Shown here: one piece after another, positions 39,001-51,000 of the stretch
Layout: each line of letters opens with the position of its first letter
Position numbering within the stretch: position 1 is the first letter of the stretch
From: Amoebophrya sp. A120
Lineage: Eukaryota > Protista > Dinoflagellata
Reading direction: 5' to 3'
DNA: 64,000 nucleotides
NCBI GenBank assembly: GCA_905178155.1
Contig: CAJINV010000015.1
Coordinates: forward strand, 186,001-250,000
Program-made: the position numbers and the translations under genes
The notes under the pieces: model-generated
Seen by the model: the letters and a program-made list of their open reading frames with translations, nothing else
Told to the model about the DNA's origin: nothing
Databases searched by the model: none

Positions 39001-42000
39001 ATCAAAAGGAAAAATTCCCCCACCCCATATCAAAAGCGAAATTTGTGTTGCTGTATTTGAGTACACAAATCGATTTGTATTGCTAGAAGGCCAAGAGACG
39101 CAGATGCTCCCTCCTTTGGAGGCAATTTGTCATGCCATTTCCCATTTCCAGTTGCCTCCTGTCATGCTGAAGACGCAAGGCGTTCCTGCGCCAGCCAGCA
39201 CTACAGTCCGCATGTCTTCCCTCCTGGCATCACAGAGCTGATTTGTGACCACAAATCTGCATCACAGATTTCCGTTTTGATATGGGGAGCGGGCGCTTTT
39301 CATTGTAATAAGACGAGCGGTGGTGTCAAGTTGAATGGGCATGCCCTCGTTCTTGACCAGCTTGGTCCTCGTAGCCTCAATTTCCTTCTGCGTTTCCGCG
39401 GCCCAGATTTGCTGCTGCAGAGCGAGGAACCCATTGGGCGTATTAGCATCCAAGCCTCGATCCGCTTCCACAGTCTGCCCGTTGTCTTGGAATTCCGACG
39501 GACTTAACAGTAGCAATGCGAAGAAGTCCTGCACGGTTTTGGAGAAGTGCACCTGCTCCACGCTTTTTTCTTTTTCCCGCTTCTCGTTTTCCTTCGCCGG
39601 CTTTTCGAGCGTCGCCGAGATGACTTCAAAAAGCTCCTTGTAGCTCGCTGGCACTTCGGCGACCAGGGCTTCCAGGCCCTGAATGGTTATCCTGAGTAAA
39701 AACGTCCCCATGCCAGAGTCAAGATGGAAAATCTGCTAGACAAATCAGCCAACTTTGGTTTTTTCGTATGACAAGTTCGTCCTCGTAGTGTAGTCCTGTT
39801 TGGCTAGTTCACCAGCATCACAGACCTAGCACATTATGCTATTATAGCATCACAAATCCCAAAACACGAATAGAAAAACAGTTTCATGTGGCTTCGCATG
39901 AGACACTTTCTTTGGCATGCAGATTTGCATGACAACTCTGGGGTGGGGATGTTTTTCCTCAGCATAATGGTTCTGGATTTCTTGGTCCGCAGAGAAGTGG
40001 TCAACTTCGAATCTGCACGATCCGTGATCGTCTGCCGGGACTTGCGCAGGGCGGGCTTCTTCTGCGAGCCCCGGAGCGGGAGCCATCGCGTTTCGACTTC
40101 TTCCACAATCTGCTGCGATCGCTCTTCCTTGTCGAAAATCTCTTGCTCTTCCTTGGTCCGGTGCTCCGGCTTCTTTCGGATGATCTCGTCCAATGTTCGG
40201 AACTTCGTTAGCCGGTCCGATTTGTCCAAAACCGATTCCCGATTCTCGTTCTCGAAGATCTCCATGTTGCTGTGGATAGTCGGGAACAGCAGTGACGCAA
40301 GCTGTTCGTACGCGTCTTTCAAATACGAGTGCATCTTTTCTAACGACCAATGCTTGCGGATGAATTCCGCCGTCGTTTCCAGCGGAAAGGTGATGTAGGT
40401 CTGCCCCACGCTGTTCAGCGCTTTCTGCAATCTCCGGAGTTCGCTGATCTCGGTCTCTCCCGGATCGACATCCCTTTTCTCTGCGGAAGACTGGGAAAGT
40501 TTGTCGGCCTGTCGCCGACTGGACCCGATAAACGCTCTCCCGCCCGCGGAGGAGCTGCTGTGTCGTCTTCTAGACGAAAGATTGCTCTTCTTTTTCTTTT
40601 CTGACACTGTTTTGGGGTCGAAATTTTGCACCAAAAGATACGCTTTCTCGTACTTTTCTCGGTGCTCGATCACTTTATTCAGCAGCGCCCAAACTTCGTC
40701 GCGCGTCGCCATCTGGGCTCCGCCGTCCTTTCGGTCTTGTTCTTTCTTGAGCGCCTTTTCGATAGCATCGGTTAGGTCCTTGCGCAGCTGGATCTCGTTG
40801 TTCTTCTGGTCTTCTGCTGCCGCGACTAAAATCAACCGCTTCAGTTCGGAAAAAATGAAGTTCTGCAGGTCGGTATCGCGGACTAGGGAAAATTCCACGG
40901 ACACGCTCTGCGGCTGCCACAAGTTTTCGATCACGACCGCATTCTTCCTTTCCTCCGCCATGTGCTCCTCCTCGAGATCTAGAAGTGCACCGGCCGCTTT
41001 TTTCAATTCGTTCTCATCTTCTTTGTTCTCCGTTTGTTCCTCGTCGTCAGAGAGGCGAAATTTCGGCAGCTGAATCATGCCACTGCGGATGAAGGTGCGG
41101 TTATCCTGTGTAAAAACGTCCCCACACCAGAGTCAAGATGGGAAATCTGCTAGACAAATCAGCCAGCTTTGGTTGTTTGGCATGACAAATTTGTCCGCGT
41201 AGTGTAATCCTGTTTAGCTAGTTCAGAAGCATCACAGATCTCGCATAGTATGCTGATTCTAGCATTACAAATTCCAAAAAACGACTAGAAAATGGCTCTC
41301 GTGGGCGTCCGCATGAGAAACTTTTTTGACATGCAGATCCGCATGACAACTCTGGGGTGGGGACATTTTTACTCAGGATAGCGGTAGAAAAGGTCCAGTT
41401 TCTCATTTTCACCGAGCTCGTGATATTTTTTCTTCTTCGAGCCACCAACCGCAGCGGAAGCAACGGCACCGAACCGTCGGACGGTACCAAGCCAACCCGT
41501 CGGACTCGTTTCTTCTTCCCCCCGCATGGTGAGCGCGTGCCGCATGTCTTCCTCGGTCTCGGTCGCGAGGCGCTTCGCTACGTCTGGACTGGTCGCCATA
41601 CTCTGCAGTTCCTGGAACAGCGACGGCATCTGGTTCTCCATCTGCCGTATCCCACAGAAAAAAGCAGGCAGGGCAGATTTGTAATGCAAAAGTAAATACA
41701 CAGAAAAATCTGTCATGGGCGGCCCCATAGCATGCTGTTTAGGATATGCAATCAATGCAGATTTTTTGGTGTATATATTTTTGCATTACAAATGTGACCT
41801 GCCGGCTTTTTTCTGTGTGATATGCCGCTGCACGTACTTAATCCGTTCCACCGCCATGCGCGGCAACACTTCCTTCGCATCCACCGAGGCACGGATGCCG
41901 TAGTGCGACCGGAATTCTACCATGGTTTGCAGCCGCACTGGAAGAAGAATTCGAACCGGGTTTGTGGCCATACCGAGGAGGGAAAGCGCCTGCTTCGTGC

Positions 42001-45000
42001 TGTCAAAATTTGTTCCTGTGTAGCTGCTTCTACCAGAAGTAGTACCTGCTCCCCCGTCGTCCGCAGAAGTACTGGCACCACCAGCAGGCGCGTTTTGCGT
42101 GAATTGGAGGTCAAAGTTGAAATTCTGCACGTGCGAGTTGATATTGATGTTCTGCCCGCTGAACAAGATTTTGAAGCGTCGTCGCCCGTCAACCCAATTC
42201 TTTTTCACCTCCTCATCTGAAAACTTCTCCTTGTTCTTCAACCAAGTAAGCGCCTCTTCAATGTTCGCAAAGGTTTTCGAGTCGGCATTTTCCTTCATCA
42301 TGTTCAGGTCTTCCAACTGTTCCTGGGCTCTTTTCTCCGCGCGCCGTATCGACGGGCGCCACACCTTCCTCCGTACCGTCTTCAGATTGTTCTTCAGCCT
42401 CTGTCGCTTGCCCACGCGTGCAGCTGGAGAAGCTTCTGCTGCTGTAGTACCAGGACCAGGTTCTTGTTGCCCCATCGGATCGGCTATCCTGTGCAAAAGT
42501 ATCGCAGTCGTAGCTGCAATTGCAGTCTTGCATTGCAATTCTTTCTCTTCTTAAGGTGAGTCCGCAATTATACAAATTCCATTTCTCCATCTCATGCTGA
42601 GAAGATTTGTAAATGCAATTTTTACTTGTAGTACTACGATACTTCTGCAATTCATATCGTCCTCGCCTTGATTCAACTGAACTTCGTTGTCGTCTTCGTC
42701 GTACCAGGAAATTTATCGCTAGAAAAAACTGTTTCAATTTGTGATGCAGAAGATGCAACATTAGCACAGAAGCAGAACAAGTGCTTGTCTTGCTACACAT
42801 GCAACTACACGTTGGGTTCGTACTCGTAGCCTTGCTCTTCATCTTTGGGGCGCATGCGCATGCACGGCGAATTTTGTCTGCTATCGAGAACATCAAACAA
42901 CTTGTGTTGCAAAGCTCGCAAAATCCTATAACAGTAAAACATTTTTTTCCACCACGATAAAATGGTGACATCCTTCAATTCCAGATCCAGATCGTCGTTC
43001 CGCACGGTGCTGAACCTCGTCCCGAGCATACCTTGGTTCTTCCATCTTCTCTATCAAATGCAAAAACGTCTGGGTCTGGAAGATTCTGAGACTTGTCATG
43101 CACGTTTTGCATGAGCCCTGATCGATCTGTGATGCATGCCCTAGCATCGCAGATTTTTTGAGGGTTTTTTGATGCCTATTCCGCATGACAAATACCCCTA
43201 CTACCACGTGGCGAAAATTACACTCCCTTTGCTGCTCGTGCAATACAGATTTTTTTGGAATCCAAATGTAGCATCACAAGTTGCATGCTTCCAGACCCAG
43301 ACATTTTTGCACATGATATTCTCCGCATTTCGGAGAAGTATTTCGCTTTCCACTCGTCCTCGTGCTGTTTGCGCTCGACTAGCTTCTATGCATTGCAAAT
43401 ATGTCTGGGTCTGGAAACTTGTGATGCTAAGAGTGAATGAGAGTTCCACTGCAATACGAAGCCAAGCATGGCAAATTTTTGGGCTCCTGGGTGTTGCGTG
43501 TTCCGCATGGCAAACTGCGTTTTTGCATGACAGGTAAGAGGACCACTGTGTGCCCATGCATCACAGATTCTTGAGTCATGTCAGACAAGCATGACAAATG
43601 TAGCAATCTTCCAGACCCAGACATTTTTACAGTTGATAGCTTCTGCACGGCTTCCTTAAAGTCCAAATCTTCCGCGCTCTTCGGCGCGCTGGTGCTAGTG
43701 AAAGTTGTTTCATTTTCCTCGTCGGTAGAAGTAGACGCTGCTTCTTGCAACGCCGATAAGTTACTACTGCCCTCCACGTCACCTCTGATTAAAGAGGTTA
43801 AATCGTAAAACCCCTGCAATTTTTTCGCGTTCTTCGCATTCGTTTGCTCCGAGAACAGAGACGCCGGCGTGGTGCCGACAAGCTGCGCGTTTCCGTTGTA
43901 ATTTGCCTTCTCGGCGAGGTTTGCATTCACCAGTGGGAGCTCCAGTTGCACCCGCGGCATCACGCCGATGGGGTAGCCGGACGTCCCACTCAGGGTGTTC
44001 GTGTAGCTGCGGCTCGCAATATACATTGCAAAAGTACTATCGTACCACCTCCGTAACAACTGCAGTCAGTCATGCATTACAAGTTTCTTTCTCGCAGCAA
44101 ATCCGCATTAGAAGTTCAATTTGTCATGCTTAGCCACCTTCGTAATGCAATGTCTACTAGTACAAGTACGATGCTTTTGCAATGCATACGCAACATCGCG
44201 GTACCACTGGGACAAGGCCTCCACCGCCTGGTCGTTGCTTCGCCCAAAGTCCTCATACAGGGTAAAACCACGCGTTCGGACGTCGTAGAGCTCCTGCTGG
44301 CGCCAGAAGCTGCGCTCTTTCATGATGCGCTGCATGCCCTTGGACACTGCGGACGAAGATGACACTGCGGACCAACGTCCGGGGGACTTCTCATCCTCAT
44401 TCTGATCCACCAATTTCGTGTACTTTGTGTCGTATCGGTGTGCCAGCCGGATCTGGGACTGGTTCGGATGCAGCGTGTGCTCGTTTTGCAACCGCAAACG
44501 GTTTTCTGTTTCGCCGTAGACGGAGTTGTCGATCTCGATCACGTTTTCTTGTGCAGGGATATTTTGGCCATTTTGGTTTTGCTGGGGAATTTCCTGTTTC
44601 GCGGTCTGCTCACGTTTGACGATAAATTCCTTGGCGAAAGTCTGGAACAACTTTTCCCTTCGCTTCAGCTATGCAAGAAAAAAACTGTGTAAGCGTAAAT
44701 CTGTGATGCGGAAAATGCAAAATAGTTACACTTGTCATGCCAGACAGCCATGAAGTCCTATTGCGCAGGTGTTTTCCCGTACTAATTCTGCATGACAGGA
44801 TTTCTGTGTCATGCAGAACAAATTTGTCATGCTGTCACCCGAAGACACCTACACTGACACAGTTTTTTCGTTCCATATCAGCCCGATCTCTTTCAAGCCG
44901 TCAAAGTGGTCCCAATGGGCGATCTCCTTCTGGTACGTCGGCGTCTTCGGGACTTTCTGCACTTCCACCACGTCGATGACCTTCGCAAACATTGTGTGTT

Positions 45001-48000
45001 TCTTGCGGAGCTTCTGTTTATTCGCAGGTGCTGTTCCTGACGCAGCATTCGCTCCTGCAGTTGCACCAGGAACAGCTGTTGCAGCACCAGCTGCACCATT
45101 TCCTGCTCTATTGCTTCCACTTCCGCCGCCCACGATTTGCAACCCTCCCACGACCGATTTTTTGGCCACAGTCTCATCCTCATCGTTAGTCTTTACGTGC
45201 TTCGGGATCAGCGTGTCGCTGTTTTGCGTGTGCAGTACCATGGTCTTCTTTGCAATGACGTCTGGTAGCCGCTGCACCAGCTCGATTTCCTCGATGTTGC
45301 TGTTCACGTTTTCCAGCCAAGCTCGGGCCACCTGCTGCCGCCGTTTCAACGACTCCGCCCCCGGAGTGGTTTTTGTACGCAAATTTTCCTTCTGGTCTCC
45401 CTTGGTCGCAGCGGAGCTGATGGCAATTAGAAATTCCCGCAAATCCACTTCCTTTTGGATTGAGTAGCTCGCCCGCTCTAACGTCGTTTTCAATTCCAAT
45501 TTTGCTTCGAACGTTCGCAGGGGTTCCGCCTCACTTTGCACCAGCCACCAGGCCTGGCCGAAGTACGCAGGCCCCGCGAAGGTCGCATCTAAGTGAATAG
45601 CCGATTCGAAATGTCGCATCGGGATTTCGTAGACCTTGTACCCGATAGCACCCTCATCCCACGATCCGCGCGCGCGCGCGAACGCCAAGGCGTCGTCATT
45701 CCGGATTGCTTCCAACGCGAGTGTACCGATGCGAATGTGGTAAAAGGGGTTCTTCATCGCGCGCAACCCGACGTATTTCGTGTAATCAGCGCGCAGCTCC
45801 TCGACTTTGGTTATCATGCCAGAGCTGTGGTCACTGCGCGGTGATGACGAAGCGGGATTCGAAGTAGAATCTCCCTCGCCGGCGATATTTTCCTCCTCAA
45901 TGACCTGCTTCTGACGCTGGAACGCTTCCCACGCGTCCGGGAATTTTGCATCCAGCGTGAGCAATTCCTGTTTCATATCAAAATGAAAAAACCCCCCTCC
46001 CCATATCGAAACGGAAATTTGTGATGCTGATTTGTGGCCACAAATCGTCTCTGTCTTGCATATAGGGTCATAGGAGCCATTTTACGCATTCCAGAGCAAG
46101 TCTGTCATGCGCTTTCGACTGCTGCGAACCTGTTTGCCATGCGCAATTGCTAGCCTTCTGCATACCCAAACAGGCTCAGAAAATGCAGCCAAGCACTTTC
46201 TGCAAGACAGATCTGATTTGTGTACGCAAATCCAGCATCAGAAACTTCGTTTCGATATGGGGAGGGGGGATTTTTCCTCTCAATATTTCAAGGGGTAAGG
46301 GTCCATACCGGTATTACTCGCGTCCATGTGGACGAACACACGCACCTATCAAATGCAAATATGTCTGGGTCTGGGAGAATGTAATGTCTGTCATGCACGA
46401 CTAGCTTGGCTCTTAAGTCTGTCATGCACGCCACCCAAAAGTCACACTTCTCTGTCATGCAGAAACGCAGTTTGTCATGCAGATAGGCAATACTATAGCA
46501 ACTCCAAAACTTGTCTTGCTTGCCTGTCAAGGAAGGCGTCCAAATGATTCGCCGAACAGCATCACAAGTTTCCAGACCCAGACATATTTGCAAGTGATAG
46601 CACCACGCCCAGCACGGCCTTCGCCCGCATGTCTTCAAACTCGTCCTCCTTCTTGTCCGGCCGCTTTTCCGTGCCCTCGAAGTCCCAGCGAAGCTCGGAG
46701 AGCCAGTTTTCGTAGCGGCGCAGCGCTTCGTCTTGAATCTTCGCCGGGTCGCGGACCGGTGGGATCGGAGTGCTGTGTAGTTGCTGCCCGGCAGCCTGCG
46801 GAGCTCCAGTAGAATCTACGTCCATACCTATCAAATGTAAAAACGTACCCACACCAGAGTTGTAATGCAGATTTGCAACGACAAAGACATTTGTGATGCG
46901 CATCCGCATGAGAGCCATTTCCAATCGTGTTTTGGAATTTGTGATGCTGTGAACGGGATCAGCAGGTCGATTTGTCATGCGGCTTTGCTTGCTAACTTGC
47001 ACTACCTTGCGGACTGAAACTTGTCATGCGTGACTCCCAAAACTCCTAGGTTTGTGTTGCAAAATCCCCATCTTGACTCTGGTGTGGGTACGTTTTTACT
47101 CAGGATAATACCGTCTGGGGAGTTGGTGGTCTTGAAAGTTGACGAGGAAAGCATGCCTACCTCAACACCCTCTGCGGCCTGTTTGATGGCCGCGAGCTGT
47201 TTGTTGTTTGCGTCTTCAATTTTCCCGCGGCTTTTGTCCAAAAACAAGGCCCACTGCTCGGCCAGCGCCTGCAGCGTGTTGTATTCGCGGATTTTGTCAA
47301 TTGGGTTTTGCTGCGTGTACTTCCGGGCCTCGCTGCCGCCAAAAAGAGCGCCAACGGCTCCCATGGCCATGGCGCCGTACCTATCCTCAGTAAAAACATC
47401 CCCACCCCAGAGTTGTCATGCAAATGCGCATTAACAGGAACAGCTGTAATGCGCAGCTCCATGAGAGGCATTTTCAGTCGCGTTTTGGAATTTGTAATGC
47501 TGCAAACAGGATGAGAGAATGGCTTTCTCATGCGGCTTCCCTTGCCAACGACCACTACACTGCAGAGGGAAACTTGTCATGCACAGCTCCCAAAACTTGG
47601 AGATTTGTGTTGCTAGATTCCCAACTTGACTATGGGGTGGGGACGTTTTTGCTTAGGATAGTACCCCACCTGGACTCCCGCAACCGTGGCCGCGTAGCCG
47701 GCTGTGGTGTATGCACTGCAAATATGTCTGGGTCTGGAAACTTGTAATGCAAGTCAGTCAATAAGGAATGCACTGTAATGCGTCGCCAAGCATGACAAGT
47801 TTTTTCTTGCTTCTGCGCTGCGTATTCCGCATGAGCAACTGCGTTTCTGCATGACAGGCGAGAGAGCCTGTTTGTGGCCACGCAATACAGAGTTAAGGGT
47901 CATGCCGGACCAGCATGACAAACCTCGGAATCTTCTTCCAGACCCAGACATTTGTGCATGCGATATGGTGGCGGTAGTGGCCACGGCGGTGCCGGCGGTA

Positions 48001-51000
48001 GCCGCCCCGGCCGTGGCGAAGGTTCCGGAAACCGCGGCGACTGCCGTGCTGCTGGACCCGAAGGCGGCCAGGCCCAGGCCGCCTACCGCCCCAATGCCCG
48101 ATGCAAACAGCCCGGCGATCAGCACACCCACCACGGCCCCCGCCAGCACGCCGCCCCCAACGATGCCGACATTCGATATCTGGGCCTTTTTCTGCAGGTA
48201 CCAGGCCTGTTTGGTCAAATCGAATTTCTTTTCCAACGTAACTCGAAACCCTTGGTATTGGAACAGAAACTTGCTGTACAGCAAATCCTGCGTCTTAATC
48301 ACGAGCAAGTCCTTGTTGTGGAATTCGTGGAGTCGCTTCTTCTCCTGCGACTCCGACTGGGTTTTGTACTGGATCAACCGTTGCTCCTCACTGTTCGCCC
48401 CGATCAATGCGCTGCTGGTAGCATCCTTGCTGGATTTTTCAAGGACTGCGGAGTACAGGGGTAACAGTTTGTCGGTGACCCACGGTAGGAGTACGGGTGG
48501 CGTTGCCGCAGGAGCGGGGGCACTGGTGCCCATTGGGACGTCAGCATTTCCATTTCCACCTGCCGCTGCGGTCGTTATAGTTATTCCTGAAGGTAACTGC
48601 GTGGCGTCGATCGCTTTTAAAAGTTGTTCTGACGTCATAACCGCGTTTTCCGCTACAACTTTTTTCAGGGCAGTGACTTTGCTGCACACGGTTTTTTGAA
48701 GATGTCCTTGGCCTTGCTGCTGCTGCCCGACATCTACTTCCCCGACGAGGAAATCATAACCCGCTGGGGCTGGGAGCAACGCCGTGGGCGGAGAAATTAT
48801 GCCGGTTATCTTATAATCCCCGATCGCATCTGAAGAAATGTCCTGCAGTTTTTCGTCGAGCGACTGTTTCTCGAAAAACTCATCCTCGAAGGAAAGATTT
48901 CTGCTTCCTTCCAACCCGCCCATCTGTAGCGACAGGATGTCGCTTTCCTTCTCCGCGAGCAAAAATCCCTGCGTCACCATCGCCGTCACTCGCGCCGTGC
49001 CCTTCTTGCCTTGGCGACTGGTGCGGCCCAGGGCCTGCGCCTCTTCCCGGGATTCCGCGAGGAAGGTCAGTTCGACGTGCAAACTATGCATTGCAAAAGT
49101 ATCGTACTCGGAGTAATTGCATTTACGCATTACAAATCTGTTTATTAAGGTAAATCAGCATTACAAATTTGATTTGTAATGCTGGGGGAATTTGTAATGC
49201 AATTTGTACTAGTACGATACTTGTTTTGCATTGCATACAAACCGCCAAACGGTTCGATTTTGTTCGTTTCGTAGTCCGTGCCGCGGCCCGCCAAGTTTGT
49301 GTATCAACTGTAAAAATGTCTGGGTCTGGAAGAATCCAACTTGTCATGCTGATTTTGGATTCTAAAAAAATCTGTATTGCATGAGCAGCAAAGAGAGTCC
49401 AAGTCTTGCTACACGGAAAGAGCATTTGTCATGCGGTATAGGCATCAGGAAGCCCTCACAAAATCTGTGATGCTCGGGCATGCATCACAGACATCAGGAG
49501 TCATGCAAAATGTGCATGACAAACCTGGCAATCTTCCAGAGGACCCAGACATTTTTACATTTGATATTGTGGAAACAATGACCATACCTGGCCGGAAGGG
49601 CTCCATCTCCCCGGACCCCACATCGGCGTTGCTCTGCCTCAAATACTCCTTGACATCCCGCTCGGGCCAGGACTGCTTCAACGCCTGCGAGATCAGCGTT
49701 GCGTTCTCAATACTGCGGCAAATGCACAGCACGCCGCGGTTTCGACGGAGTTCCTTCAGCACATTCTCCACGACCTTCTGAATCCAACGGTCGCGCTGGG
49801 ACAACGGTGCGGTTTTCTTCACGACTTTCGAAGCTCCTGCACTGCCACTTGTACTGGTTGTCGTGACTGCATTGGAAGTAGGTTGATGTTGTTCACCCGA
49901 CGATGGCGCGACCCCAGTCGGCCCCGCTCCACCTCGTGCGAGGACCATCAGTTGTTCGGTGCCGATCAAATCCGGTGCGTAATTCACGAAGCGCTTCTTC
50001 CTGGACAGCGGCATCCGCCGGGATTTGAGCTGATACGCCTGCTTCAGCGATTGCCTGACTGCTGGGGACCCAAGTGTGCCAGTCACGCCGTAAAGAAATT
50101 TGTACCGGCGGAAAAAAGCGAAGTTGGACAAAAAGTTCGTTGGTAACGATTCCGGGGTGACAGGCAAGCCGTGCATCACTTCCAGAATTTGGTGAATACC
50201 ATCCGACCAGTGGAGGGAATCCTGCGTGATACCGGTCGCGCCGGACACCGGCTTAATCGCGTCATTTTGGACCACGTAGTCGACGTTTTCCTGGAAGGTG
50301 AAGTACGTATCAAATGTAAAAGTATCTGGGTCTGGAAACTTGTGATGCTGAATTGCGCATGATTGAAGCGCTTCCAATGGCAGCCAAGCATGACAAGTTT
50401 TTGAGAGGTCTGCTGATGCCTAGCACGCATTACAAATTGCGTTTTCGCATGACAAAGAAAGCCTCTGTTTTGCTGCTCACGCAACACAGATTTTCCAGGA
50501 GTGCATGACACGCATTACAAGTTCCAATTTTCCAGACCCAGACATTTTTACATTTGATAGTACGCCAGTAAGGCAGATTTTACCAACCGTGGCAACGTGT
50601 CTTTAACGTGGCGCTCCCAGTGTCTCGGGATCGGGACAAGACCGTTAGTTGTCGACTGCGAACTACCGGCGTCCGTCGACGCGGTATCTGTCCTGTACCC
50701 ACCGATGTTCTGGTACGCCCGGCCAAAGAAGTCCTGTGCTTTCGGCACTGGCTTGAAGCTTTTGTTGGTGTTTATCTGAGAAACACCATCGCCATCATGC
50801 GGCAAGGTTTGAAACAAGCCGCCTTTGCTCTTTTTGTCCTCATTCGGTGCGATATGAGGGCGCACAAGAACTCGTCCCCCTCGTCTGCCTAATTTGTCAA
50901 GAACATGCACAATCCTATAACCCTATTGCTGCCCCTTTGCACAATTTGGGTATGCATGGCAATTTTTCGGAAAAAAACCGCGTGGAGGGCTTGTCATGAA

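Noticed and set aside
7808-48699. Long plus-strand ORFs (e.g. 7808..8761, 26041..26913, 47851..48699)
   Set aside because: Antisense shadows of minus-strand exons with Ser/Phe/Leu/Cys-biased composition and no recognisable domain.
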